Source: Candidatus Woesearchaeota archaeon (GTDB taxonomy: Archaea; Nanobdellota; Nanobdellia; Woesearchaeales; WAPY01). From it: a stretch of 64,000 nucleotides of DNA. Both the position numbers and the translations under genes were made by a program. The stretch lies in the NCBI GenBank assembly GCA_049700835.1, contig JBNAUL010000001.1, positions 370,043-434,042 of the forward strand, written 5' to 3'. The first letter of the stretch is position 1. Every line of letters starts with the position of its first letter. Shown here piece by piece: positions 19,455-29,641 of the stretch. Below the pieces are notes generated by a model. It was not told the DNA's origin, did no database searches, and saw only the letters and a program-made list of their open reading frames with translations.

Positions 19455-20285
19455 TTACCCACACTTCTTGAAAATCAATTTCCTTTCAATTAGATAATCC
19501 AAAGCCTTTGCGAAATATTTCTTTTCTGAGATTATTATCAAATCAATTTCAATTCTTGTCTGTTCCTTTGATAAAGAAAAGTTTTTGTTCTTTCTGCACA
19601 GCATTGTGCTTTTAACTCTCTTAAACATTGAGTACTCTTCTATGCTGTTCTCCTTGAATGCATAATCAAAGATTTCGTAAGAATAATTCTCAGCAAGAGC
19701 CCCCCTTATAAAACCGCTCTTGCCAGGATAACTTTCCAACGATTTATCTAAATGTTTGCCTGAACCCCACAAACCATGCTTTTCTTCATACTTTTTTATC
19801 AAACTTTCCAATTCTACGAAATTGTTTTTGTTGAAATACTCTGTTGTTTTTTCAAAATCGTTCTTTCCGGCGCTTGAATAGAGAAAAGAAAAGAATTCTT
19901 TTCTGTTGCTGTCAAGGGTTAGGTCATATTTTGCCTTCTCTATAGTTTTGTACAGCAACTCAGGATGATATTCCTTAACAAAGAGAACTTTCTTTTCCTT
20001 TTTAGAATTCAAAAGTTTAGAAAAACCTTCAATCGTTTTTGGATTTGTTGCGACAAAGAGCGCTGCGTTATAGAAATTCTTTCTTTCTATTCTTAACTTC
20101 TTTGTAATGAAATATTCATTGTTTTCAAGCTGTTGCTTCTTGCAAATGAGGTTTGAATTTCCACGCCCGTTATGCCCGTTTGTAATTTCAAAGACAGCAA
20201 TGAAACCGCTCGCTTCATAATCTTTTTTTATTCTGCTTTCTAAATCTCCAAATTCATCAATTTCCCTTTTCAAGAGTTCTATCAA
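19455..20285 (-). CDS. Hypothetical protein with a possible degenerate PD-(D/E)XK C-terminus
   Basis: 276 aa ORF; RGALAE...EIDLII near the C-terminus. Confidence 0.6.
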   Translation of the reverse strand: MIELLKREIDEFGDLESRIKKDYEASGFIAVFEITNGHNGRGNSNLICKKQQLENNEYFITKKLRIERKNFYNAALFVATNPKTIEGFSKLLNSKKEKKVLFVKEYHPELLYKTIEKAKYDLTLDSNRKEFFSFLYSSAGKNDFEKTTEYFNKNNFVELESLIKKYEEKHGLWGSGKHLDKSLESYPGKSGFIRGALAENYSYEIFDYAFKENSIEEYSMFKRVKSTMLCRKNKNFSLSKEQTRIEIDLIIISEKKYFAKALDYLIERKLIFKKCG

Positions 20286-20289
20286 AAAA

Positions 20290-21189
20290 TCACCTTAACA
20301 CATAAAAGAGTTCCTTTCTTTTAGTAGAGTGCGAAGGGTTTTTCAAACACCGGACTTCCAAATTCGGTTTTAAACAATTCTCATTTTCCATCGTATTTAA
20401 TTCTTTTTGACTTATTTTTAAAACTGCGCCGAAAAACTCATTTTCAAAATCCTTGTTTTTAGGTACAATGAATGTTATTTTGCTATCCTGTTCAAAATCA
20501 CGATTTTTATTTTCAAAAGTCTCTGAAATAATTACAAACATCATTAAACTTCTAATATATTCCTGCTTCAGGTAAACAGAATCATAGAATCTGCAGCATT
20601 CATTCTTAAACTTCCTAAAAAACGAGCTTTCGTTTAAATAGGAATTGTTCTTGAACTTGTTAAGAAACTCTTGAGAGAATTCAGGATTCACCAACATATT
20701 ATAAACAAAATTTTCTTGCTCCTCAAGAGAACCTGAGTTCTTTATTATCGCGTTTTTTACATCTTTCAAAACATTTTTGGCAAAGTTTGACATTCCAACT
20801 CTTAACATGTAACTCCTGTCATGGTCTATGTTAAAAAACTTATCAGTCAGAACTTTCTTATCAACGCTCTTTATTCTCAAGAGAAAGTCCAAGCTGTTTT
20901 CCCTTATGAAACCATTGCCTTCAATCCCGTTCATATAATAAATTATTCCTGTAAAGACCCTGTCGTCATAAAAATTAGAATATAATTTTTCCTTGTAGCA
21001 ATTAATCCTTTTTATGATTGAATCAACGCAATCATCAATGCTCTTCTCTTCACAAAAATTACTGCCTTTGGAACACCTTATCTCTGAAAGCGTAGGAACA
21101 GCATAAAGAATGAGTTTGCAATCGTTTGTTTGGTTTTCCTCGCTTTTGGATTGATAATTGTTTGCTTTGCCTCTTGCTTGAAGACGCAT
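20290..21189 (-). CDS. Hypothetical protein
   Basis: 299 aa ORF; AGGTGA RBS at its 3' end couples it to the 19455 gene. Confidence 0.65.
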   Translation of the reverse strand: MRLQARGKANNYQSKSEENQTNDCKLILYAVPTLSEIRCSKGSNFCEEKSIDDCVDSIIKRINCYKEKLYSNFYDDRVFTGIIYYMNGIEGNGFIRENSLDFLLRIKSVDKKVLTDKFFNIDHDRSYMLRVGMSNFAKNVLKDVKNAIIKNSGSLEEQENFVYNMLVNPEFSQEFLNKFKNNSYLNESSFFRKFKNECCRFYDSVYLKQEYIRSLMMFVIISETFENKNRDFEQDSKITFIVPKNKDFENEFFGAVLKISQKELNTMENENCLKPNLEVRCLKNPSHSTKRKELFYVLR

Positions 21190-21316
21190 ATTTTTAATAA
21201 AACAAAATGCTTAAAATATTTTTCTATACTCTAAATTATCCTTTTTAAAACTATTTTAAGAGTAGAGAAATATTTAAAAGTGTAATTTAATTATAGTAGT
21301 GTTTTGGGGTGGTTAA

Positions 21317-22123
21317 ATGGCTAAACCAATGAATAGTTCTGCAAAAAGGATTGGAATAATAGGAGGAACAGGAGTTTATGATGCTTCATTGTTAAAAAAT
21401 TCTGAAGCAATAAAGGTTAGCACTCCTTATGGAAGCCCTTCTGACTTGATAACCATAGGCAATTTTATGAGTAAGAAAATCGCTTTTATTCCAAGGCATT
21501 CCTTAAAGCACACAATAAATCCTACAAAAGTAAATTATAGAGCAAACATATATGCCTTGAAAGAACTTGGAGTTGAAAGAATAATAAGCATAACAGCAGT
21601 TGGCTCATTGAAAGAGGAGATAAAACCAGGAGATTTTGTTTTTACAGACCAGTTTGTTGATTTCACAAAATTTAGGAAAAATACTTTCTACGAAGGGCAG
21701 AAAGTAGCTCACATTTCAATACCAAAACCGTTCTGTGAGGAAATCAGAAGCATGATGATAAAAACAGCAAAATCATTGGGATATAATTTTCATGAGAAAG
21801 GAACTTGCGTTGTTATTGAAGGCCCAAGATTTTCAACAATAGCAGAATCAGAAATGTTCAGAAAACTTGGTTTTGATACGATAAACATGACAATGGTGCC
21901 TGAAGTAATACTGGCAAGAGAATTGGGAATGTGCTATGCAAACATTTCAATGGTAACTGATTATGATGTGTGGAAAGAACACTATGTAACACAAGATGAA
22001 GTTTCAAGAATAATGAACCAGAATGTTGAAAGCGTTAGAAACCTGTTGAAACAAATTATACCAAAAATTGATTACAAGGGAAAGTGTTTGTGCAAGAAAG
22101 CAGCAGATATTATGTTTTTGTGA
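21317..22123 (+). CDS. mtnP: S-methyl-5'-thioadenosine phosphorylase
   Basis: IGIIGGTG, TPYG, PRH, NYRANI, IEGPRFST, VTDYD. Confidence 0.92.
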   Translation: MAKPMNSSAKRIGIIGGTGVYDASLLKNSEAIKVSTPYGSPSDLITIGNFMSKKIAFIPRHSLKHTINPTKVNYRANIYALKELGVERIISITAVGSLKEEIKPGDFVFTDQFVDFTKFRKNTFYEGQKVAHISIPKPFCEEIRSMMIKTAKSLGYNFHEKGTCVVIEGPRFSTIAESEMFRKLGFDTINMTMVPEVILARELGMCYANISMVTDYDVWKEHYVTQDEVSRIMNQNVESVRNLLKQIIPKIDYKGKCLCKKAADIMFL

Positions 22124-22180
22124 ATTGAATTGTTTTGAGAATCGTTTTAATTTTTTGATTTTTTATTTTTGTTTTAAATC

Positions 22181-22726
22181 ATGTTGAAGCGCGAGGTGAT
22201 AAGAATAAAACCTATAAACTTGAAAAGTTACATAAGAAGCATTCCTGATTTTCCAAAAAAAGGTATTGTTTTCAGGGACATAACTCCTTTGCTTAAAAAT
22301 CCAAGAGCATTCAACTATGTTATAAACAAATTGGCAGAGAAGTTTAAAAACCAAAAGATAGATTATGTTGTGAGTGCAGAGGCAAGGGGTTTTATTTTAG
22401 GAGCAGCATTGGCTTACAAGTTAAAAGCAGGTTTTATTCCATTAAGAAAACCTGGAAAACTTCCTTACAAAACAATAAAGCAGACCTTTAAAACAGAATA
22501 CAGCATTGATGCGTTTGAAATTCATGAGGACTCAATTAAGAAGGGCTCAAAGGCAATAATAGTAGATGATGTCCTTGCAACAGGTGGGACAGCAAGCGCT
22601 GCTGTTAAATTAGTTAAAAAACTTGGTGGAAAAATAATAGGGGTTTTGTTTTTGATAGAGTTGAAACCTCTCAAAGGAAGAAAAAAACTAAAAGGGGAAA
22701 ATGTAATTTCTTTAATAAAATACTAA
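22181..22726 (+). CDS. apt: Adenine phosphoribosyltransferase
   Basis: IPDFPKKGIVFRDIT, EARGF, RKPGKLP, VDDVLATGGT. Confidence 0.95.
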   Translation: MLKREVIRIKPINLKSYIRSIPDFPKKGIVFRDITPLLKNPRAFNYVINKLAEKFKNQKIDYVVSAEARGFILGAALAYKLKAGFIPLRKPGKLPYKTIKQTFKTEYSIDAFEIHEDSIKKGSKAIIVDDVLATGGTASAAVKLVKKLGGKIIGVLFLIELKPLKGRKKLKGENVISLIKY

Positions 22727-22827
22727 TCTAAACTAATCTAAAAGCGCTTAAGAACAACTGCAAAAATGAATGTAAATAAAAAGGTTTAAAAAATGATTTG
22801 TTTTGCTGTTTTCAAGGGGGTAAAAAA

Positions 22828-23310
22828 ATGCTGATTGGAATAATATCTGACACTCATGACAACATAAGCGTTTTGAGAAGAGCAGTTTCAGAGATGAAAA
22901 AGAGAAAAATAAGTACAATAATTCATGCAGGAGATCTCTGCGCCCCAATAACATTGAACGAGTTGAAGGACTTTAAATTAATCTTTGCGCTTGGAAATGT
23001 TGATGGTGATGTTTTGTTGATAAAAAATAGATTAAATTTGATGAATGGGGTTTTCTTAGGATTTGGAGGGGTTGTAAATGTTGAGAACAAAAGTTTTGCA
23101 GTATTTCACGGGCATTATCCTTTTATTCTTGACTCTTTAATAAAATCGCAGGACTTTGATTACATTATTACAGGGCACACTCATAAAAAAAGGAACGAGA
23201 AAGTCGGAAAGACAAGAATAATAAATCCAGGATGCATGTACAGCACTCACGAAAACAGCTTTGCAATACTTAACCTTGAAAAAGATGCTGTTGAGTTTAT
23301 AAAACTTTAA
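22828..23310 (+). CDS. YfcE/MJ0936-type metallophosphoesterase
   Basis: SDTHDN, HAGD, GNVD, HG, GHTH, INPG; start after the AAGGGGG RBS. Confidence 0.9.
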   Translation: MLIGIISDTHDNISVLRRAVSEMKKRKISTIIHAGDLCAPITLNELKDFKLIFALGNVDGDVLLIKNRLNLMNGVFLGFGGVVNVENKSFAVFHGHYPFILDSLIKSQDFDYIITGHTHKKRNEKVGKTRIINPGCMYSTHENSFAILNLEKDAVEFIKL

Positions 23311-23335
23311 ACAGAAAAAAATAAAAGGTGATTTT

Positions 23336-23977
23336 ATGATAAAACTTCTGATTTTTGATTTGTGGGGAACAATAGTAGAAAACGGAGTTTATTCTCCGAT
23401 AAAGCAGGTTAAGAATATCTTGAGAATTGAAATTCCATTTGAGGAATATGTCATAAGGTTTGAAAAGACATTCATGCTTAACAACTACAATGATTTGTAC
23501 GAAGGGTTTAGGTTAGTTTGCAAGGAATTTAACATAAGGGAAAATCCTTACATACTTAATAAACTTGTTGGAATTTGGAATAAAAACTGGCTTATGGCAA
23601 AACCGTACAGCAATGCACTCGAAACAGTGCAGTCCTTAAAAGAAAAATACAAGACAGCGCTTATAGTCAATGCAGACAAATCAATAAACAGTTTAATAGA
23701 AAAGTATTCCCTTGAAAAATACTTTGACAAGATATACCTATCCTATCAGACCAAATTCCTTAAGGTTAACCCTGAATCTTTTAAACTTTTAATGAAGGAT
23801 TTCAATGTTAAACCAGAAGAATGCGTAATGGTAGGAGACAGCATAGATTCTGATATGAAAACTCCTTCATCTCTTGGAATGAAAACAGTTCTTGTTGATT
23901 TCAAAGATAGAAGAGAATATCCGCTAAAAATAAGAACTGTGAAGGAACTTCCTGAATTGATAAAAAACATGAAATGA
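23336..23977 (+). CDS. HAD superfamily hydrolase (subfamily IA)
   Basis: IFDLWGT and MVGDSIDSD. Confidence 0.85.
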   Translation: MIKLLIFDLWGTIVENGVYSPIKQVKNILRIEIPFEEYVIRFEKTFMLNNYNDLYEGFRLVCKEFNIRENPYILNKLVGIWNKNWLMAKPYSNALETVQSLKEKYKTALIVNADKSINSLIEKYSLEKYFDKIYLSYQTKFLKVNPESFKLLMKDFNVKPEECVMVGDSIDSDMKTPSSLGMKTVLVDFKDRREYPLKIRTVKELPELIKNMK

Positions 23978-24064
23978 AAATACTATTATAAAATTTAGAT
24001 TAATGCAAAAATTAATATTGATATGTTTTTAATAATTCTTAATTAAATGTTTAATTTTTGTTAT

Positions 24065-25021
24065 TCAAACTTGCTGTTTTTTTAAAAATTCGTAAACAGC
24101 ATTAGCAGCAACAGCACCTTCCGCAGCAGCAGTTATTATCTGCTGGAACTTATTAGAATTAGTAGTTATATCTCCTGCAGCAAAAATTCCCTCAACATTT
24201 GTGCTTTGGTCAGGATTAACAACAATGTAACCTTCATTATCAATTTTAACCCCTAAAATCTTAGCCAAATCAACAGAAGGCATTCCACCAATTTCTACAA
24301 AAAGCCCTTCAAGCTTTAATTCTTTGCTAGTGTCAAGTTTTACTCCTTCCAAACTTTCTTTGCCTAAAAGCTCAACAACGCTTGAGTTATAAATTACTTC
24401 TATCTTTGGATTTGAAAGCACAGCATCAATCAAAACAGGTTCTGCCCTTAATCTATCCTTTCTATAAATGATGTAAACTTTTGAGGCATGCTCAGCCAAC
24501 AATAATGCGCTCCTAACAGCAGCATTAGCTCCGCCAACAACCCCAACAACCTTGTCCTTATAAAATGGAGCATCACAAGTAGCGCAATAACTTATTCCCT
24601 TACCGATGAAATCATTCTCTTTTGGAATATTCAAATTTCTGCGCTTTGTTCCCATAGCAAAGATAAGTGCCTTTGCTTTGTAAATATTGTTGTCAGAGTC
24701 TCTAACATTGAATAGTGTGTAACCCTTCCTAATATCAACAACAGAGCCCTGTTTTATTTTTACCCCTAAGTCCTCTGCGTGTTGCCTGAATTTTTCCATC
24801 AATTCAAAACCGCTAATCCTTCTAAAACCAGGATAGTTCTCAACTTCATAAGCATCAGAAGCATAACCTCCAATTGATTCTCCAATAACCAATGTTTTTA
24901 ATTTGTATCTTGCAGCATAAATTCCAGCGCTCAAACCAGCAGGCCCTGCGCCAAGAATTATCAAATCGTATTCTTTTTCATCATCCTTTTTATTGATTTC
25001 CTTTAAATTAAATTTTATCAT
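24065..25021 (-). CDS. trxB: Thioredoxin reductase
   Basis: GAGPAG, ENYPG, SYCATCD, FAAGD. Confidence 0.92.
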   Translation of the reverse strand: MIKFNLKEINKKDDEKEYDLIILGAGPAGLSAGIYAARYKLKTLVIGESIGGYASDAYEVENYPGFRRISGFELMEKFRQHAEDLGVKIKQGSVVDIRKGYTLFNVRDSDNNIYKAKALIFAMGTKRRNLNIPKENDFIGKGISYCATCDAPFYKDKVVGVVGGANAAVRSALLLAEHASKVYIIYRKDRLRAEPVLIDAVLSNPKIEVIYNSSVVELLGKESLEGVKLDTSKELKLEGLFVEIGGMPSVDLAKILGVKIDNEGYIVVNPDQSTNVEGIFAAGDITTNSNKFQQIITAAAEGAVAANAVYEFLKKQQV

Positions 25022-25111
25022 AAAAAATAAGTTTTAAATAGTAATATTTAAATTTAATTGTTTTATAAAAATAAGAACAAAAAAATTCACACCTTTTGGC
25101 TAAAATCTTTT

Positions 25112-25183
25112 GCGGCTGTAGTCTAATGGTCATGACACAACCCTCCCAAGGTTGGTGTCCGGGTTCGAATCCCGGCAGCCGCA
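25112..25183 (+). tRNA. tRNA-Gly(CCC)
   Basis: Acceptor GCGGCTG/CAGCCGC; anticodon arm CAACC-CTCCCAA-GGTTG; T arm CCGGG-TTCGAAT-CCCGG. Confidence 0.95.
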
Positions 25184-25267
25184 TTAAAGAATGAATTAAA
25201 TGATTTAAACAAAAATAGTTTAAACCAATAAAAAAACTTAAATATAGGGTATTCTTAGTTTATCCTT

Positions 25268-25942
25268 ATGGGGGAGAATGAACTTAAAATTACCTACGAG
25301 TTGCTATTTGAAGTGCTGAGAAGGGAAAAAGAAAGGAAAGAACTTCAAAAAATAGATTCAAATTTTTATCATGATTTTTATGCATATTTAAAAGACAAGA
25401 AAGAGGCATTGTCAAAATTAAGTTCAATATCTGAAAGGGAGGCAGAGCAGATAAGACACCAAATAAGCAATGCACAAAACATTTTAAAGAGAATATATGA
25501 CTGCAGGGAAAAAAAGATTATTGACAAGGCTATAATAAAGGCAATGACAAAATCAGAAATCATAGACACAACAAACATGCTTGAAGAAGAAAAGGAATTC
25601 TTCAACAAGTTGGTAAGTTTGCTCATGGAAAATAGGGAGTTGATTTTTAAGATAGCATTCAGCGGGCAGAGTTTTGAGAAAAAGGAGTTAAAAGAGGAAA
25701 AAGAGGAAGCTAAAGCAGAAAGCCCTGACAAACAAGTGATTGTAAGATTTTTGGCTTCAATACCAAAATTCGTTGGTTTGGACGGAAGGATTTACGGCCC
25801 TTTCTCAGAAGAAGAAATAACAACCTTGCCAAAGAGCATAGCAAATGTGCTCTTAGAAAAGGAGAGGGTTGAATTAATAAACGCAGAAGACAACAAAAAA
25901 AGCGCAGCAGAAAAAACAGAAAATAACGAGTATGAAAATTAA
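25268..25942 (+). CDS. GINS replication complex subunit (Gins51/GINS15 type, A-B domain order)
   Basis: Helical A domain (RREK...LQKIDSNFY...RxxKI) and C-terminal B domain (VRFLASIPKFVGLDGRIYGPF). TATA AAAAAACTTAAATA at 25231-25244. Confidence 0.82.
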   Translation: MGENELKITYELLFEVLRREKERKELQKIDSNFYHDFYAYLKDKKEALSKLSSISEREAEQIRHQISNAQNILKRIYDCREKKIIDKAIIKAMTKSEIIDTTNMLEEEKEFFNKLVSLLMENRELIFKIAFSGQSFEKKELKEEKEEAKAESPDKQVIVRFLASIPKFVGLDGRIYGPFSEEEITTLPKSIANVLLEKERVELINAEDNKKSAAEKTENNEYEN

Positions 25943-26034
25943 ATATTTTTGCATTTAAAATAAGAAATTCTTATCAATTGATAAATCGCGATTTGCATTA
26001 ATTTGCAATTAAGAATGTTATTAATAATATTAAA

Positions 26035-26343
26035 TCAAACAAATTCAACCTTCTTAGCCCTTATGCCCTTGCTTTGAGTGTGCATTTTCTTACAGACAGT
26101 GCATTGATACCTTAAATCAGTTTTCTTAGTGTGCTTCTTTCCAGCCATCTTCCATTGAGTTACAGCAGGTTTAGAATACCTTCCCAAACTACCCATTCCT
26201 CTAGCTCTCCCGCGCCTCTTAGCCCTAACCTTAGAACCATAACTTAAAGACCTAGCCTTACCTTTCTTTACTTGAATAACCTTGTGCTCAGTATGTTTTT
26301 TGCAGTAAGGGCAATACCTTTTAACTGATTTTGGAATTTTCAT
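26035..26343 (-). CDS. rpl44e: 50S ribosomal protein L44e (eL42)
   Basis: MKIPK...YCPYCKKHTEH...KKTDLRYQCTVCKK. Confidence 0.95.
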   Translation of the reverse strand: MKIPKSVKRYCPYCKKHTEHKVIQVKKGKARSLSYGSKVRAKRRGRARGMGSLGRYSKPAVTQWKMAGKKHTKKTDLRYQCTVCKKMHTQSKGIRAKKVEFV

Positions 26344-26388
26344 GATTAGACATAGGGAAAAACAAGTGTTTAAAAAGTTTTCTAATTT

Positions 26389-27075
26389 TCAACCCAAATA
26401 ATTCAGGCTTTTGTCATGAACACTCTTGGCTTTGAATTCTTCGCTCTTGTTCAAGATATCCTTTATCTTTCTCTCAAAATTCTTTGCCTGCTCAAACAAG
26501 GGCTCATAATCAATCTTTAATCCTAAATAATTGTCCAATGCTTTCACTATCCTTGCAGCAGCATTGCTGTCAGGCAACTCAGAATTGGCTTCTGCAAACA
26601 GGGAAACAACATTCTTCATTTTTAAGAGCAGAGAAGCAGTAATTCCAAAAATTATTCCATTATCAAGCAACTTGATGTTGCTCTTCTCAAAAACTTCTAT
26701 CTTATGTTTTGAATAATAATAAACTCCGCTTCCAACTCCAGGAACTCCATCAAGAGTAATGACCTCCTTTACATTTGCCTTATTCATAAAATCCACAAGC
26801 CGAGAAGAAACTCTATTCTCCAAACCAGTGATTTTGTTAATTCCTTCAATAAGCAGAATCTTGTACTTTTCATTGTAATAGAAACTTATCGGCTCTACAA
26901 AATGATTGTTGTGAACTACAATTAACGGAACCATCTCGTCCATGAATAATCTACCGATCTTCTCTGTTTTCAAGTGCTCCTTCAAGAATTCCAAAGCAAT
27001 ATTTCCAACTAAACCAAAACTTGGAAAAGCGACAATTGCAACCCTTGGCTTTATTTTCCTATCAATCTGCGGCAT
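26389..27075 (-). CDS. PAC2 family proteasome assembly chaperone-like protein
   Basis: FPSFGLVGNIA, GITASLL, PDSNAAA, C-terminal YLG; GAGGTG RBS gives a start at MPQID. Confidence 0.85.
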   Translation of the reverse strand: MPQIDRKIKPRVAIVAFPSFGLVGNIALEFLKEHLKTEKIGRLFMDEMVPLIVVHNNHFVEPISFYYNEKYKILLIEGINKITGLENRVSSRLVDFMNKANVKEVITLDGVPGVGSGVYYYSKHKIEVFEKSNIKLLDNGIIFGITASLLLKMKNVVSLFAEANSELPDSNAAARIVKALDNYLGLKIDYEPLFEQAKNFERKIKDILNKSEEFKAKSVHDKSLNYLG

Positions 27076-27128
27076 TAGCACACCTCTTTTTTGTTTTTGT
27101 TTAATTGTATTTTTATTAAATTTTTCTT

Positions 27129-28004
27129 TTAAACTTGCTTTGTTGTTTTCGCTATCTCCCACTTATAATGTTCTTTATTTATTATATAATCTATACCACC
27201 TAAAAATCTTGATAATGCTTCTATTAAAATCGTGAAAATTATTTTATTAAAATTTTTTAAATTAATTTTTCTTAAAACTATTTTTATTAGCCTAACATTA
27301 TTTAAAGTTGGAACCTTATATTTATATTTTTTCATTAATTTTAAATGCCCACAAAATATTCTTCTTCTCTGGTTCAAATAATCGCTTATTCTTTCAGGTC
27401 CATGATTGTAAACAATTGCATTTTCAGCGTAAAAACCCTTTAGTCCTTTTAATTGTATTAAGTAAGCAATGAATTCTTCGTCGACTTCTATTTTATTTAT
27501 CTTATTAAATAGTTTTTTGAAAGCTATTGTTTCCCCGAATTTGGGGTTTATTTTAGAAATTTCATGATGCAGTTTCCATAAAAAATTAACTGCAAAACCC
27601 AAATAAGTGTTGCTTTTATTAGTAGGAATAGGATGAGATGCTACTATTCCAATTTCTTTGTTAAATAATGGTTTGCAAAGTTCTTCAATCATATTCTCTT
27701 TAGGAATAACATCTGCACTGCTAAGAACCAAATGCTTAAATCTTGAATTTTTTAAAAAAACATTGATTGCGAACCATTTGCCTTTTCTTTCTTTGTAATG
27801 AATTAACTTTATCTTTCTTGTTTTGTGTTTTTTTATAAACTCTTTGACTAAATCGCAAGTGCTATCAGTGCTTCCATCAGAAACAACGATAATTTCTTTA
27901 ATAAAAACATTCTTTAACTTTTGTTTAAGCAACGCGTTTAAAATATTGAGAATATTCTTTTCTTCATTATAAGCAGGAATTCCAATGCTTACAGCAAGTT
28001 TCAT
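27129..28004 (-). CDS. GT2 family glycosyltransferase
   Basis: IPAYNEE, VVSDGSTD, GK, QRRR motif. Confidence 0.9.
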   Translation of the reverse strand: MKLAVSIGIPAYNEEKNILNILNALLKQKLKNVFIKEIIVVSDGSTDSTCDLVKEFIKKHKTRKIKLIHYKERKGKWFAINVFLKNSRFKHLVLSSADVIPKENMIEELCKPLFNKEIGIVASHPIPTNKSNTYLGFAVNFLWKLHHEISKINPKFGETIAFKKLFNKINKIEVDEEFIAYLIQLKGLKGFYAENAIVYNHGPERISDYLNQRRRIFCGHLKLMKKYKYKVPTLNNVRLIKIVLRKINLKNFNKIIFTILIEALSRFLGGIDYIINKEHYKWEIAKTTKQV

Positions 28005-28085
28005 TAATTCGTGATAAAAATTTGAATAATAAAAATCTTTTGAATTTTAGAAAAGTTTTTATTTATACTTAATTTTTGTTATTTC

Positions 28086-29641
28086 ATGAGAGTACTATTT
28101 GTTAATCCCATGATTTATTTGGATTATGCAGTTCTAAGTCCTTACAGAATAATAAATTTAGGTCCATTGTATATTTCTTCTGTGCTTTTAAAAGAAGGAC
28201 ATTATCCGATTGTAAAAAATGTTTTTAAAAGAAAATTTACAAGTCTATTAAAAAAAACCAATCCTGAAATATTAATGATTNNNNNNNNNNNNNNNNNNNN
28301 NNNNNNNNNNNNNNNNNNNNNNNNNNNNNNNNNNNNNNNNNNNNNNNNNNNNNNNNNNNNNNNNNNNNNNNNNNNNNNNNATTAATGATTGATTTTGCAA
28401 AAAAAGCAAAATCTTATAATTCTAAAATAATCGTTATTATAGGAGGATATTATCCAACTTTTAATTATGATGTTTTGCTTGAAAAATACTCAAAATATTT
28501 TGATTATGTTGTACTTGGAGAAGGTGAAGAAACAGTAAAAGAATTAATAAAATCATTAGAAGGTAAAATTCCAATAGAAAAAGTTAAAGGAGTAGCATAT
28601 TCTAAGCATGGAAAAGTTGTATTTAATGGGTATAGAGATTTTGTTAATTTAAACAAATTACCGTTTCCAGCAAGATTTTTGATCAAGGACCCCGTATTGT
28701 ATGTTAGTTTCTCAAGAGGTTGCCCTCACAACTGTAGTTTTTGCGCAGTTAAAGTTTTTTATAAAAGAAGACTTCGCTTCAGAGAACCAGAAAATATTGT
28801 AGAGGAATTAAAATTTATTTTAAGAAAACTGAAAAGAAATAAAAATTATCATGTAATCTTAACTGATGAAGATTTTATTCCAAGCAATATTTTTATAAAC
28901 AATTTTAGAAATTTAATAAAGAAAAATAAAATAAATTTAACTTTTGCGTGTAGTCTTAGAATAATAGATTTTTCATATAACCTGTTTTTAAAAATGTACG
29001 AGTCTAATTTTAGATATTTTTTTTTTGGAATTCAAAATTTTAATCCTGAAATAAGAAATTTTTTTAATCAAAGCGTATCGCAAAAAGATTTATTTGCTTT
29101 CTTTAAAACTATTAAAAAAATATCTTCTGATAAAAGCAAAAAAATTAAGCTAAGATTTGCATATATTATTAATTCAGGGCATCCTTTTGAAAACAGCAAT
29201 TTTATACTAAAAAATGCACAAGATTTTTCAGCATTTCTTAAAAATAGATTGTCAAATAAAAATTTAAACATTAATCTAAATATTATATTAAATCCTCTGA
29301 GGATATGGAAGGGAACAGATTTATTTGATTATTTTCATGATAAAAATTATCTAATAAATGAAAAAGAAGACAAAAACAATGATGAAGCAGAATATGATTA
29401 TAATTATAATGATGTGCATTTTAAAGAAATTAAAAATTTATTTTACAAGGTAAAAAATATTCTGAGACCGTATTCTTTTTATAAAAATCCTATTCAAAAT
29501 AGATTTATAAGTTTTTATAAAAGTTCCTTAAGTTTTAAAAATAAAATTATTCTTATAATGCTGGTGTTCATATTTATTTTCAAAGAGAAAAATTTTGATA
29601 ATGCAATTTTAAAAGCGGTGAGACATGTCGTTGATGTATAA
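28086..29641 (+). CDS. B12-binding radical SAM protein spanning an assembly gap
   Basis: VNP...LGPLY before the gap; GGYYPTF, GEGE and SRGCPHNCSFC after it. The two halves make one protein. Confidence 0.85.
28281..28380. other. Assembly gap (N run)
   Basis: N run flanked on both sides by ATTAATGATT. Confidence 0.99.

Noticed and set aside
28271..28390. Apparent split gene or direct repeat (ATTAATGATT) around the N run
   Set aside because: Scaffolding artefact. The halves form one B12-rSAM, and comparison with paralog 39219 suggests only a short stretch is missing.
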